A stretch of DNA of 64,000 nt, taken from the NCBI GenBank assembly GCA_963702845.1, contig OY969763.1:1088001-1152000 (forward strand), read 5' to 3'. Both the position numbers and the translations under genes were made by a program. The stretch is from an uncultured Verrucomicrobiae bacterium. Lineage in GTDB: Bacteria; Verrucomicrobiota; Verrucomicrobiia; Limisphaerales; Palsa-1400. This document shows positions 1 through 11,600 of this stretch, piece by piece. Within the stretch, counting starts at the first letter, position 1. Each line of letters opens with the position of its first letter. The notes below the pieces were generated by a model. That model saw nothing but the letters and a program-made list of their open reading frames with translations. It did not search any database and was not told the origin of the DNA.

Positions 1-160
1 TCGCCTTTTTCTGCTGCGGGCGGATCATCAGCAAATACATCATCACGCCAAAAAGGGCGATCATCCCCACCATTTTTACCATTTCGCCGGTAGGATTCGG
101 CGCCATCGGCTGCGCTTGCGCGAGCAATGGTGTCAGCGTGTTCAGAACGTGAGAAATCAT
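1..160 (-). CDS. yajC: Preprotein translocase subunit YajC (5' part, runs off the window)
   Basis: Manual translation from ATG at 160 gives MISHVLNTLTPLLAQAQPMAPNPTGEMVKMVGMIALFGVMMYLLMIRPQQKKA: one TM helix followed by the YajC-typical IRPQQKK motif. Confidence 0.88.
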   Translation of the reverse strand, partial: MISHVLNTLTPLLAQAQPMAPNPTGEMVKMVGMIALFGVMMYLLMIRPQQKKA

Positions 161-232
161 AGTTTCAATCGAGCCGTTTAATCTATGAATAAGCTTTCAA
201 TTAGCAAGCCTAACGTTTGCGGAAATTCGACT

Positions 233-1022
233 CTATTTGCTTACTGTCGGCGCGCCATTTACGAGTTGAAATTGGGGCACCGAGGCGGCAATTAAAGTCT
301 TAACCTTCTCGTAAGCGGCATCTTCCTGGCCGGGCAGGCAAGGCACAAGATAGCTTACGTAAGCCCAGCGTTCGAGTTCGCCCTTGGTAAACATGCTCTT
401 CGCAATGGAAATCATGCGGCCGCTGTGTTCACGGGTGATTTCGCGATCATTGACGAACCAAAAAACATATAAACCGTCGATGGTTCCGCCGCGAGTTTCT
501 TGAGTGACGGTCCATTTCATGACCGGCAGTTTGTAAGGTTGCGGGCTGTTAATGGCGATCTCGTCCGATTCCTTTTTCTGAATGTGCCAACCATTTCCCG
601 GCAGGCAAAACTCGGGTTTATGGATGCTCGTGCGGTCCGACCCCATCAAAACAACGCCGCCTGCCGCCCTGAAAACCATCGTCGGTGAAATACAACCGAC
701 GTCCGTAAGTGGTGTCGCCCGGCAACGCGTGTAATTGAGGCTCGGTAATCGGTATGGGCTGCGATTTAAAATCGAGCACGTTCTCCGGTAAAGGAACGCT
801 TTGCTGTGTCATCGCGTTGCCCTTTTCATCGCGCAAGGGGACCGCAACCACCTTCACGCCGGGTGTGCCGAGCTTTTGATGACCCCGGAAGTAAACCAAT
901 GCGACCGCTCCCAACACAATGAGCAGCATAGCCGCGATGAAGGGCAGCGGAGAGCTTTGCGACGGTGCATTGCGGCTACGGGTTGTAGCAACCGTTGGCT
1001 GATCGAACACAGGCGCGTTCAC
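233..1022 (-). CDS. Exosortase-associated EpsI family protein (one apparent frameshift at ~667-669)
   Basis: GTG at 1022 overlaps the exosortase stop. N-terminal TM and LPGDTTYGRRLY are in one frame; IHKPEFCLPGNGW and YVFWFV are in ORF 233..679. The H-x-P-x-x-C-L-x-x-x-G-W motif is typical of EpsI. Removing one C from CCC at 667-669 joins the frames. Confidence 0.78.
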
Positions 1023-1961
1023 TGAGCCACCTCCACGGAACGACTGTTGGCGGAGCTGGGTTTGTCTTTCCAAAAATGGCTGATTACAAACATGGCGATT
1101 ATCGCCAAGGCAAACGTGAAAATCCATGCCGTGTCGTCCGTCGTTTTTGCTGCTTGAAACCCAAAAGTCTCGCCTCCGACGATCATCGCCAGCACGCGAA
1201 GGATGTTGCATAGGAGTGCCAGCGGCACCGTCAGCACGACAATCGCCGTCCGCTTCCATGGGCTGCGGAAGTTCATCATTGAGTAAACAATCATCAGTGC
1301 AGAGAGCGCGAGCAAACTGCGAATACCGCTGCACGCAGCAGCGACTTCGTAGATATAATTGTGATGCGGATTGAAAATTTGCGTTCCTTGCCGGACGACG
1401 TCCAGGCCGAGAACTGTATGTGCAATGGCCGTGCTGGCGGCTGCTGCCAAAATGCGCAGCGGTAGCGTGATGTTAGTGAGCAAATCCAAACTGCTCAACG
1501 GCATGCAATACGCGAAGAGCACGAAAGGAAATAACGTCGCTTTCATCCAGCGCCAGCCCCAGGTCAATCCAACCAGCGCGTACAATCCGGTAAAAAATGC
1601 GGCAATCGAAATACGCGGCTGTTGCACGACGTATCCAATGACATGCATCGTCACGGCGACCAACAGCAGGCCCACTCCCGGCCACCAGGAGCGTTGTGGC
1701 AATTCGAGTAGTTGTTGGCGTTTCCACCAGATCAGCGCCGAGAACAGCAAACGGGATAAGGAGCCCGTGACTGTCGTCCGAGTTCGCCTCGTTGTAGGTG
1801 TTGAACATCCAGCGAAGGAGCGAGGGGGTTTTGTAATAGCCGAAGCTGGAGTTGCCGATGAAATGAAACAGCAACAGCCATGCAGCCAACAAAGCGAAGA
1901 AAAACGGCTTATTGGTAATGCGTGGCCAGACTGCGGCAAACTCCTTTTTGAACTCCGTCAT
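1019..1961 (-). CDS. Exosortase/archaeosortase family protein (EpsH-like; apparent frameshift at ~1738)
   Basis: Multi-TM protein. DDSHGLLIP is in ORF 1473..1961; the catalytic Cys motif YEVAAACSGIRSL and NILR are in ORF 1019..1939. One base removed at ~1738 gives IPFAVLALIWWKR. Confidence 0.88.
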
Positions 1962-2052
1962 TTGGAGGGGTGATATTACGCTAAGTAGGGGTTTTTCTCA
2001 ACCTTTGTTCCTGCTTTGCACCTTTGCGTCTTTGCGTTAATAATCGCGGCGC

Positions 2053-3015
2053 ATGAATTTTCTGGTCACAGGCGGCGCGGGGTTTATCGGCTCGCATTTA
2101 TGTGAGCGCCTCCTTCACGAAGGTCACGCCGTATGGACCCTCGACGACCTGAATCCGTTTTACGATATCGCGATCAAGCAGCGGAACTTGCGCGATATCC
2201 AGGCGCTGGCCAAACCGTTCACGTTCGTCCACGGCGACCTGACCAATCCGGAGTGTTTGGCAGAATTATTCGGCGAGGTTCAATTCGACCAGATCATCCA
2301 TCTCGCGGCGCGCGCGGGCGTGCGCCCGAGTTTGCAGGAGCCCGCGCTTTATCAACGGGTGAATGTGGAAGGCACCGTAAACCTGCTCGAAACGGCGCGA
2401 AAACACCGGGTTAAGAAAATCACCATTGCCTCGTCATCGTCGGTTTATGGCGTGAACGCCAAAGTGCCGTTTAGTGAAAGCGATCCGATTTTCTCGGCGA
2501 TCTCTCCTTACGCAGCCAGCAAGCTGGCCTGCGAAGCGCTGGGTCATGTCTATCATCACGTTTACGGTATGGACGTCGCGATGCTTCGATTTTTCACGGT
2601 TTATGGTCCGCGCCAACGTCCTGATCTCGCCATTCACAAATTCGCGCAGTTGATCGAGTGCGGCAAACCGATTCCAGTTTTCGGCGATGGCAAGACGGCG
2701 CGTGACTACACCTATGTGACCGACACGCTCGATGGCATCATCGCATGCACGAAGAAGGAGTTTGGTTTTGAAGTTCTCAACCTCGGTGAATCTCAAACTG
2801 TCGAACTGGACTTTTTGATTTCGCTGATAGAAAAAGCGCTCGGCAAAAAAGCCATCATAGATCGCCAGCCTTCACAACCGGGCGATGTGCCGATTACATT
2901 CGCCGATATTTCCAAAGCACGAAAAGTCCTCGGCTACAACCCGCAGGTCAAAATAGAGCAGGGGATTCCGAAATTTGTGGAGTGGTTTCGCAAAACCTAC
3001 TCGCCCAAGACATAA
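2053..3015 (+). CDS. NAD-dependent nucleotide-sugar epimerase/dehydratase (UDP-glucuronate 4-epimerase-like)
   Basis: TGGAGFIG Rossmann motif, HLAARAGVRPS, YAASK (YxxxK), FFTVYGPRQRPDLA, QPGDV. Confidence 0.9.
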   Translation: MNFLVTGGAGFIGSHLCERLLHEGHAVWTLDDLNPFYDIAIKQRNLRDIQALAKPFTFVHGDLTNPECLAELFGEVQFDQIIHLAARAGVRPSLQEPALYQRVNVEGTVNLLETARKHRVKKITIASSSSVYGVNAKVPFSESDPIFSAISPYAASKLACEALGHVYHHVYGMDVAMLRFFTVYGPRQRPDLAIHKFAQLIECGKPIPVFGDGKTARDYTYVTDTLDGIIACTKKEFGFEVLNLGESQTVELDFLISLIEKALGKKAIIDRQPSQPGDVPITFADISKARKVLGYNPQVKIEQGIPKFVEWFRKTYSPKT

Positions 3016-5700
3016 ACATTTCCATCGCCGACGCTAACGACGATTTCACTTTTACCGTCGCCGTTGATATCAGCTATGAGCGGCGTGCCGACGGGTCCAT
3101 CAAATTTCTTTGTCCAAATCGTTTCGGAATGATCGCCCGCATCTTTGATCGTGTATAGGTTGGCATCCTGTCCCCCGAGCAGCAAATCCGCCGAGCCATC
3201 TCCATCGATGTCGCCGGTGACAATTCCCGCGCTGGAAGTCGGCATGGCCAGTTTCCAATAATTTGTGCCGTTCTCGGCGTCGTAGCAGTAGATGGTTCCA
3301 TCCGCTTCCATCTGCACACCACGCCAACCTCGTGATTTTGTCGAAGGCAACAGGCCTTCGTTGAAACCCGAGTTGCCGTTGCGTTGCGGCCAGCGTTCCG
3401 TCGGCAAGTATTCGTGCCACAAACCTCGTTTGCCATCCAACGCGATACTGCCGCGCGAACTGTAAACGCCGCCCAGATAGACGAACGGATCGTGTCCTTC
3501 GCGCGTGAGCACAGCGGGGGATGCATATGCGCCCCACCAGGTAATCAAACTCGTAATGTTCACCGGGCCGACCAACAAATTGCCGGTCTTCCCATCGGCG
3601 ACGCAGTAGAAATCGGGGTTGAGGAACACAACGTCATCCGCGCCGTCGTGATTCATATCGAATGCGCTGCCACGTCCGCCGAAAGGTTGGAAGTGCCGCT
3701 CGATCGCCTTGATCTCGTCTTTTTCCCACACGATTTTGCCGGTGCGGCCATCAAGCAAATAAGTCCTCGCTCCGGGCTTCGATGAATAGGTGAACACATC
3801 GAAATGTTTGCCGCCGGTGAAATGGCCGATTTGGAAACAGTGCGGCCGTTCAAAATAAGCGCCACACGCGCCGCTATGCGGAAAATCGCAGCGCCACAAA
3901 ACATTCTTATGAATGTCGCGCGCCTGCACCCAAAGGTTGCCATCGGCAGCGCGGCCGCCGGTCAGGACGCACGGCTTCCCATCGCCAAGCAAATCGCAAA
4001 CGATCGGAATTTCGGACGATGGAAATTTCTCGATGGTGCGCAGCTTCTTCTTGTCGAGCCGGAGGACGGTTACGTCTTTGTTGTCGTAAATGAGGAGGTC
4101 GTTCTTGCCGCGTCCATACAAATCCGCAGCGAGCAGGTAGGGGACGGTCGTGCCTTGCAGCGGTTTTATGGAGCGCGGCAATTCGCGTGGCTCCTCGATC
4201 GGAAGTTTGCCGCGTTTCGCGACGACTTCGCCGGCTTTATTAATTCCCCACGCCTGGGACGTCATTCGTGTCCGGATCATTTCGTGTGAAGAATTCGGGA
4301 CTGCCGTCATGGTCGACATCTGTGGTCGTCGCCCATTGTGGATTGACGGCGTTGTAATAAAAGACGCGTTTGTCGTCGGATTTGTCGCCGTGCAGAACGA
4401 AAGGTGCGTTGGTGCGAGACCAGATTTTTTCCAATTTGCCATCGCGCAAACGCCGCGCTTCGTAGCTCTCCGGCGGTTTGAATTCCAATTGTGAACTGCG
4501 CATGCAGAACAGCGCGCGTGGACCATTCGTTCCCCACAGGGGCACGGAGCATTCAGGAACCAAATCGAGCATGGTCGCTTTTTCCGCGCCGGTCGCTGCG
4601 TCGAAAATGGTCGTGTGCCAACGTTTGTCGGTGCCTCCTTCGTAGACACTGACGATGACCACTTTGTGTCCGTTGCCTTCAAGATCGACGACTGGATCGG
4701 ACGGACATCGCAGCGAGCGCACTTCGGTTGTGACCGGATCGGGCCAACCCTTTGTCCACGCGAGTTCAAGTTTGCCATTAACGTTGCGCAGCACATCGAC
4801 GTGCTTGGTCCACGAGATGTTAACGAAATCCAATTTGCCGTCGCCGTCGACATCGATCAATTCGTTCCAGCCATATTGACGATGATTGGCGCCTTGTGGA
4901 TCCCACGCGGTGTGCGAAACAGCTTTGCCGGTCGCGAGATCGATCGTCCAAACATGGCACCAACTGTCCACCACCGCGTATGCGTGTCCGTCGCCATTCA
5001 GATCAGCGACCATGGTCGAGGGATAATAAATGACGTGTTCGGCGGGAACCCAATTCCACTGTCGCTGCACCTGTTTGCCGTCGAAACTCCAAAGCGCAAA
5101 CTCACCATTCATCCGCGAGCCGCCGGTTGAATTTTGCAGCATGGAAGTGACGACGAAAATTTGTTTTCCATTTTTGCCGGGAATGTAAGCGCCGCAATGG
5201 CCGCGAAATGAATAGTCGCCCGTGTTCACTTCGATCGCAGCGCGGCGCTTCCCAGTGCGTCCGTCCAAAATTAAATAGGCCTGCCGCGTGATCCCCATGT
5301 GCCCGGCAACCGCAATCACTTCGTTCTGTCCGTCGCCATCGAGGTCCTCAACCCATTCGACGTGATCCATGACGTAACCGTCCGGCGAACTTTCCCAAAG
5401 TTGTTTGCCGTTTTTGTCGTAAGCGATGAGACGCGCGCGCGCCGAAATGATGATGTCGTCTTTTTTGCCGGTTCCATGCAAGTCCGCATACGTCACAGCG
5501 CCTTGCTGCGAGCCGACGAAATACTGCGCAAGCACGCGCGGTTCTTTGGACATTTGCGCGACGAGAGGTTGGTTGCCGGTGAGAACGATATCGTGCCGCC
5601 ACATCGGCCAGTCACCGGGCGCGGCGGCGATTGGCGTGAACACGCCCGCGAGGAAAAGAATGCAGACGACTAGGGTTGTCGGCTTTCGGTGGAGTTGCAC
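2997..5700 (-). CDS. Large secreted FG-GAP/VCBS and PQQ-like beta-propeller protein (apparent frameshift at ~4256-4258)
   Basis: Signal peptide, then DWPMWRHD and many DxDGDG motifs (DLDGDGQNE, DLNGDG, DVDGDGKLD, DIDGDGSAD, DINGDGKSE). ORF 4240..5700 and the 3' part of 2997..4853 join if one G of GGG at 4256-4258 is removed. Confidence 0.75.
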
Positions 5701-5737
5701 ACAGCCAACAATGCAGAAACCTTGAGCCAGCAGAAAT

Positions 5738-5766
5738 AAAAAAGAGCGGGAGCAAACTCCCGCTCT
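5738..5766 (-). terminator. Intrinsic terminator after tig
   Basis: Perfect 10-bp stem AGAGCGGGAG-caaa-CTCCCGCTCT. The adjacent A-run on + gives a U-tract on the minus strand. Confidence 0.8.
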
Positions 5767-5789
5767 CGTGTAAATATTTCGAACTAAAC

Positions 5790-7106
5790 TTACGCCTTTG
5801 CCGCCGCCGGCACGTCTTCGACTTTCGCGTTCTGCACGAGCAGTTCGATGACTTTCTCGGTGAGCAGTTGCGAATAGATGTCCTGCAGGCGATCGGCTTT
5901 TTCCAAATCTTTCACCAGCTTATCGACAGGCACCTGATACTGCGCGGCCATCGCTTGCAAGCGTCCGGCGATTTCCATCTGCTCGACGCGCACGCCTTCT
6001 TTCGCAGCAATCTTTTGGAAAATGAACGACGCCTTGACGCGTTCCTTGGCCATGTTGTTGGCGTTCTTGTAAATGTCGTCCTTCTTGGCTTCGAGCGCTT
6101 CCTTCGGCACGCCGCGTTGCTGATTTTCGTTCACGAGATTGTAAACGATCGAACGCGTTTCGTGCTGGACGAGCGTTTCAGGCAATTCAACGTTCACCTT
6201 CTTCAGCAACTCTTCCGTTACTTGATTGCGAATGGCGCGGCTCTGTTTGGTGTTCAGTTCGTTTTGCAAATCGGCGCGCACGCCTTCGCGCAGCTTATCC
6301 ATGTTCTCTGCGCCGTATTGTTTGGCGAACGCCTCATCCAACGCCGGTAGAACTTTTTCCTTCACCTCAACGAGGTCGACTTCGTAGGTCCCTTTTTTGC
6401 CGGCGAGCGGCGCGGAAACGAAATCAGCCGGGAAATCGACATTCACAGTTCGCTTGTCGCCGATATTCATTCCGATCAATTGATCGGCGAAACCGGGGAT
6501 GAACGAGTTCTCTTTCACTTCCACCCAAAAAGCCTTTTGCTCGGTCAAACCGCGCGCGGTTGGCGCGATCTCAGTCAGCGGTTTGCCTTCGCTGCTGCCT
6601 TTATAATTCACCACGGCGAAGTCGCCTTTTTGTAACGGCCGCGTCTGGTTTTTAAAATCACCGACACGATCGCGCAACATAGTGATCGCATTGTCGACAT
6701 CGGCTTCCGTCACAGTCGACTGCTCGCGCTTCGCGGGAAGACCTTTGTATTCGGGCAACTCGAAATCAGGAGCGGTTTCAATCGTCGCGGCGAACTGGAG
6801 CGGCTGGCCCTTGGCAAATTGAATTTCTTCCACGTCCGGCGCGCCGACGACCGTCAGGTTTTGGTCTTTGATGGCCTTGTGGTAGGCGTTGCTGATGAGT
6901 TTGCGTTTAACTTCTTCCTGGATTTCCGCGTCGTATTTCTTCAGCACCATTTCTTTTGGTGCTTTGCCGGGACGAAAGCCGGGCAGGCGCGCGTGCTTTG
7001 AAAAATCTTTGGCGACCTCGTCAAAGCTTTCATCGACTTTTTGCGCTTCAAGTTCAACTCGGAGCAATTTCTTGCACGGACCCAAATTCTCAACAGTAAC
7101 GTTCAC
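5790..7106 (-). CDS. tig: Trigger factor
   Basis: LPGFRPGKAP ribosome-binding signature, FKBP domain (FIPGFADQLIGM, VDFPADF), 438 aa. Confidence 0.97.
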   Translation of the reverse strand: MNVTVENLGPCKKLLRVELEAQKVDESFDEVAKDFSKHARLPGFRPGKAPKEMVLKKYDAEIQEEVKRKLISNAYHKAIKDQNLTVVGAPDVEEIQFAKGQPLQFAATIETAPDFELPEYKGLPAKREQSTVTEADVDNAITMLRDRVGDFKNQTRPLQKGDFAVVNYKGSSEGKPLTEIAPTARGLTEQKAFWVEVKENSFIPGFADQLIGMNIGDKRTVNVDFPADFVSAPLAGKKGTYEVDLVEVKEKVLPALDEAFAKQYGAENMDKLREGVRADLQNELNTKQSRAIRNQVTEELLKKVNVELPETLVQHETRSIVYNLVNENQQRGVPKEALEAKKDDIYKNANNMAKERVKASFIFQKIAAKEGVRVEQMEIAGRLQAMAAQYQVPVDKLVKDLEKADRLQDIYSQLLTEKVIELLVQNAKVEDVPAAAKA

Positions 7107-7213
7107 AAAATGACCTTTCTTTACGCTTGCGGGAGAAAATACCCACCTAGCGAGTTGGCAAAGCTAAGTATTGCACGGTTTCCCGTCAATGCGAAATCGG
7201 TTAGAAAACTGTT

Positions 7214-7241
7214 GTAGGAGACTTGTCACCTCGTCTACTAC
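7214..7241. repeat. GTAG-type REP-like palindrome (copy 1)
   Basis: Reverse complement of 7218-7241 is GTAGTAGACGAGGTGACAAGTCTC, 22/24 identical to 9952-9975. It overlaps the stop codon of the PQQ-repeat gene. Confidence 0.6.
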
Positions 7242-8476
7242 AAGTTACGAAGGCGGATGCAGATCAGGCTGTTTTTGCTGCGGGCGTAGAACAGGCCGTT
7301 GGCCAGCGCCGGAAACGCACGAGTGCCGGAACCGAGGATCTGCGCGCGGGCCGTGATTTTAAATTCCGCGGGCGAGGTAGGGCAGCGCAATAGTTCGCCG
7401 CCTTCGGTCAGAATAAATAATTGGCCATCGGCGAACGTCAAGGTCGCGGGGCCGGTCTCTTCGGTTGACCAGCGGATCTTGCCGGTCTTGAAATCGACAC
7501 AACGTAAACTTGGACGCGGTCCAAAACCCGGGTCGGTCCGGCCATGAATGCCATAGAGGAAGCCATCGTGCAAAATGCTGGTGGCATAGTGATCGGAGAG
7601 AATCTCGTCGCCGGACCAAACTTTTTCGGCGATTCCATCTTTCAATCGCAACAAAACAGCGCCGGTGCCGTAACTGGCGGACAGGAAAACCAAATCAGCT
7701 TGCACCAAAGGGGTGGCGGCATTAACCGATGCGTTCATGCGCGAGCGCCAGGGGAACTCAAACGCAATATTTCCATCAGCAGGGCGAAGGACGGTCAGTC
7801 CATCCCGAGTAAAAATAAATGCGCAACGATTTCCGTTTATATCCGCCATCACCGGCGAGGAATAACTGGCTTCGTGGCCTGTCTTTTTCCAGCGAACCGC
7901 GCCGGTCTTTTTGTCGAAAGCCACAATGCCGGCACCGTCCGAACCACCGAGGTTCATGATGACCGAGTCGCCCTCGACCAATGGCGAGCAGGCCCTGCCA
8001 AAAAAGCCTTTGGGCGCGTGAAAGGTTTGTTTGGTATCGACGCTCCAAATCTTTTTTCCGGATTGAAAATCAAGTGCGTGCAAAGCGCCTTCCGCGCCGA
8101 AAGTATAAACGCGGCCGTCGGCAATTGTCGGCGTGGCGCGCGGGCCTTCGTCGAAGCCGAAATCATCGCGATAAGTTGTTGGATAATCGAAACGCCAAAT
8201 TGGGCTGCCGTTTTTTGCGTCAAAGCACTCGACGATTTCTTTGTTGGTTTGCCGTTGGAAAAGGATGACTCGATTTCCGGCGACGACTGGGCCGCTGAAA
8301 CCTTCCCCGATTTTTTTCTGCCAGACTACAGGCGGGCCTTCGGTCGGCCACGGGCTGCTAAGATTTGTCTCTGTCGAGATGCCGTTTCGGGTCGGTCCCA
8401 AAAACTGCGGCCAATCAGCGGCGTGACTTTTGCCTGCCAAAATCGAAAGGAGAATTGCGATTACGGCGTTTTTCAT
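7238..8476 (-). CDS. Secreted PQQ-binding-like beta-propeller repeat protein (BamB-like)
   Basis: Start [10 protein letters not shown] at 8476, then [23 protein letters not shown] and ASYSSP repeats. Confidence 0.85.
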   Translation of the reverse strand: MKNAVIAILLSILAGKSHAADWPQFLGPTRNGISTETNLSSPWPTEGPPVVWQKKIGEGFSGPVVAGNRVILFQRQTNKEIVECFDAKNGSPIWRFDYPTTYRDDFGFDEGPRATPTIADGRVYTFGAEGALHALDFQSGKKIWSVDTKQTFHAPKGFFGRACSPLVEGDSVIMNLGGSDGAGIVAFDKKTGAVRWKKTGHEASYSSPVMADINGNRCAFIFTRDGLTVLRPADGNIAFEFPWRSRMNASVNAATPLVQADLVFLSASYGTGAVLLRLKDGIAEKVWSGDEILSDHYATSILHDGFLYGIHGRTDPGFGPRPSLRCVDFKTGKIRWSTEETGPATLTFADGQLFILTEGGELLRCPTSPAEFKITARAQILGSGTRAFPALANGLFYARSKNSLICIRLRNL

Positions 8477-9940
8477 TGTCCTCGCAACATTCGGGCTTTG
8501 ATTTGTTTTAGATCTCCGGCTTCGGTTTTCGTGCCGTAGTGTTTGTCTAATGGATAGCACCCGCTCGGTAAGCCGTTGCGCGGGGCGGTGGTGCAGTCGC
8601 TGAATGTTCGGCAGATTAGTTTTGGTGTTAAGGTTTGGCGATCGAGAGCGTCGGGGAAAATGTTTGGATAACTCAACACCATGCGACCGATGCCGACCAT
8701 GTCTGTCCAACCTTCGCGAACGGCGGCTTGCGCGACGTTCGGTAAGAATTCCTGCAGATAGCTGTAGCCAGTTCCCACAATAACAATGCTCGCTGGCGCT
8801 TGCGCTTTGATTTCCCGCACTGCGTTCAATTGTCGCGCGACATCAATCAACGGATCATTCGGCGGTTGGTAGCCGTCGGATGGCGGATAGGCGGCGGGCC
8901 TTTGAATGTGCGGATTGTAATAAGGCGAGCCTGCGCTCAGGTTGACGATTTTAATTCCCAGGTCGGCGCACAGTTTGACGAACTTCACCGGTTCGGTGAG
9001 ATCCATTTCGAGCGGGTTGTTTCTGGTTTACGCCGAACGCGTACGGGTAGGGCAGTGGGAATTGCTCCGGGATGCCGGGCCCGAGTTTGCCGGCTTCGGC
9101 CCGCGTGGGATCTGGTTTGAACGGGACCAGATCAAAGGCGCTCAGACGAAGCGCTAAATCAATCTTGTTCCCGCTCGCGCGAATGCCTTCCACAATCTCG
9201 CGCAACATCCGCGTGCGATTCTCGAACGAGCCGCCATACGGCCCGGGTCGCGTGAACGCGCTGAGAAACTCATGCAGCAAATAGCCGTGACAATGTTTGA
9301 TATCGACGAAATCTGCGCCCACGTCCGCCGCGACCTTTGCCGCGCGCACATAATCTTCGATCAACGTCTTCAGCTCAGAATCTGTGAACACCTGCGCGTC
9401 ACTGGTCACGCCAAATTTTCTGTCCAAAATCGGATGCCGATAGGCGACGCGCGATTCGAGCTGTTTGGAATTCGGACGGCAGAACCTGCCGGAGTGCGTG
9501 AGTTGGAAACCAATCACCAAATCATCGGTCGTACCATAAAGTTCTCGATGTGCCGCAACGAGGGTTTCACGGAGTGTGGCTAGGCCAGCTTTATTTTCCT
9601 CGGTGATGATCAACTGATTCGGGTTCGCGCGACCATCGGGACGAACGGCCATGGCTTCACCGCCGAAAATCAGCTTCGCGCCACTTTCACCGAATCGTTT
9701 CCAGCGACGCACCACATCGTTCGTGATGCCGCCAGTGCGTGTGCCGTCCCAACCTTCCATCGGATGAACACAAATGCGATTGCCGATGCGTTTGCCGTTC
9801 ACCGTCACGTTCGTGACCGGCTGCGCGAGTGGCGATTCAGTGCGCGGTGCGATCTTTTCGTCGCACGGCATCTCCACCTGCAATTGGTGCAGGAGCTTTT
9901 TGAAGTTCTCGACAGTTTTGAGCGTCGGGATGCGAACCAT
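8473..9940 (-). CDS. NADH:flavin oxidoreductase (Old Yellow Enzyme family; apparent frameshift at ~9020)
   Basis: [44 protein letters not shown]. The C-terminal part is in ORF 8473..9006, and one extra A joins the frames. Confidence 0.85.
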
Positions 9941-9951
9941 TCTTCAATCAT

Positions 9952-9975
9952 GTAGGAGACGAGGTGACGAGTCTC
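9952..9975. repeat. GTAG-type REP-like palindrome (copy 2, inverted relative to copy 1)
   Basis: GTAGGAGACGAGGTGACGAGTCTC, with GAGAC...GTCTC forming the stem. Confidence 0.6.
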
Positions 9976-10040
9976 TAACTTTTTCTGGCGATTGCTTTCC
10001 CAATATTGTTGCACGTTCAGATCCTCCGACGTCAGCTGCT

Positions 10041-10078
10041 AAAAAAAAAAACCTCCGCTGCATCTCTGCAACGGGGGT
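10041..10078 (-). terminator. Intrinsic terminator after the EF-hand gene
   Basis: Imperfect GC stem CCTCCGCTGCA/TGCAACGGGGG next to an 11-A run (U-tract on the minus strand). Confidence 0.6.
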
Positions 10079-10104
10079 CTCCGTTAGTACGTGTGTTTGT
10101 AAAA

Positions 10105-10692
10105 CTATTGCTGACCGCTGGGGCCTCCGTCGGGCGGAGCAGGGCAGAACTCGTCGTGAGTCAATTGCCCGTCACCATTCGCGTCCAATGTTTTCAAGGC
10201 AGCACTCGAATTGGCGATTTCCTGAGCATCAATCGTCCCGTCGCCGTTCGTATCGAGCGCTTGGATCAAGGGCGGTATCGGATGATTGCCGTCCGGACCT
10301 TTTCCCGGGCCGCCATTCTGCTGTTGCCCGTCACGTCCTGCGCGAGCGCCGCGATTGGCTTGACCCTTGTTAGCGCCATTGCCGCCTTGTCCATTTTGAG
10401 GAGGTGGCGGCCGCAATTCATCGGGCGTCAATGCGCCGTCGCCATTTATGTCGAGGCTCGCCAATGCGGCTGGCGCATTAGCAATTTCCTGCGCGTCGAT
10501 CACGCCGTCGTGATTCGCATCCAACACCATCACGACCGGTGACGGTGGCGGCCGATGTCCATCAGGTCCGCCTTGTCCGCCTCCCGCTCCGCCAGCACCG
10601 CGCGGTCCGCGCCCGCCGGGACCAGGTTGAGCCAAAGTAGTGAGGGCGGGCAATGCAGCCGCCAATGCGATCGCAACCAATATCTTTTTCAT
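10105..10692 (-). CDS. Secreted EF-hand-containing protein, Gly/Pro-rich
   Basis: Signal peptide MKKILVAIALAAALPA. Four EF-hand loops (DANHDG, DINGDG, DTNGDG, DANGDG) lie in two duplicated halves. Confidence 0.85.
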   Translation of the reverse strand: MKKILVAIALAAALPALTTLAQPGPGGRGPRGAGGAGGGQGGPDGHRPPPSPVVMVLDANHDGVIDAQEIANAPAALASLDINGDGALTPDELRPPPPQNGQGGNGANKGQANRGARAGRDGQQQNGGPGKGPDGNHPIPPLIQALDTNGDGTIDAQEIANSSAALKTLDANGDGQLTHDEFCPAPPDGGPSGQQ

Positions 10693-10789
10693 ATGACCTT
10701 TCGTGTGTTTGTTCTCGATGATCGTTTTCATCTTCTTGCTATATAAGACACCGGCACCATTAAGTTTTGATGAAGAGGGCAGGGCAAAA

Positions 10790-10808
10790 TTGTAAAGGGA
10801 TTGTAAAA
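10790..10808. promoter_or_regulatory. Tandem direct repeat TTGTAAA (11-bp period), candidate OmpR/CpxR-family binding site
   Basis: TTGTAAAgggaTTGTAAA lies between the divergent EF-hand and response regulator genes. It resembles the GTAAA-Nn-GTAAA CpxR-type box. Confidence 0.5.
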
Positions 10809-10852
10809 GTTACGGACTTTCCTCAGCACCCCATTAACCTGTAAATAGCTCC

Positions 10853-11599
10853 ATGCTTAAACCGACTTCATCCAGCACAGACGCCGGCAAACAGCGTATC
10901 CTCGTGATCGACGACGACAAAAAGCTCGCGCGTCTTATTCACGATTACCTTTCGCCGCTCGGCTACGAAGTCGCGCTCGTCCACACCGGGCCTGACGGTG
11001 TCGAGCAAGCCACCAAAGAAAAATGGGCCGCCGTCATTCTCGATGTGATGCTCCCCGGCATGGACGGTTTCGAAGTGTTAAAACAAATCCGCAAAACGTC
11101 CGACGTTCCCGTGCTGATGTTAACCGCGCGAGGGGATGAAGCTGATCGTATCGTGGGATTGGAAATTGGAGCGGACGATTATCTGCCAAAAACATTTTCC
11201 ACGCGCGAACTGCTCGCGAGACTGCGCGCCGTGGTCCGCCGCACATCCGGCGCGACAGGCGCCAAAAAAACCGATGCCCCCGAAGCAGAAATTGTCATTG
11301 GTAAACTTCGCGTCGCCCCGGGACCACGTGTCGCGTTGTTAAATGACGAACCGCTCGTCCTTACACCGGTCGAGTTCGATTTGCTTCTCTCACTCGCTCG
11401 CGCTCGTGGCCGTGTCAAATCGCGCGAACAGCTTCTCGAAGAAATCCGTGACCGCAACTACGACGTGTTCGATCGCTCCATCGATGTCCACATTTCCGGA
11501 TTGCGCAAGAAACTTGGGGATGATCCAAAAATTCCACGCTACATCCGCACCTTGCGCGCTGCGGGCTACATGTTGATCAACCCCGACGCGCCTTATTGA
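10853..11599 (+). CDS. Two-component response regulator, OmpR family
   Basis: Receiver domain (VIDDD, ILDVMLPGMDG, GADDYLPK) plus winged helix (DRSIDVHISGLRKKL, IRTLRAAGY). Confidence 0.95.
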   Translation: MLKPTSSSTDAGKQRILVIDDDKKLARLIHDYLSPLGYEVALVHTGPDGVEQATKEKWAAVILDVMLPGMDGFEVLKQIRKTSDVPVLMLTARGDEADRIVGLEIGADDYLPKTFSTRELLARLRAVVRRTSGATGAKKTDAPEAEIVIGKLRVAPGPRVALLNDEPLVLTPVEFDLLLSLARARGRVKSREQLLEEIRDRNYDVFDRSIDVHISGLRKKLGDDPKIPRYIRTLRAAGYMLINPDAPY

Positions 11600-11600
11600 A

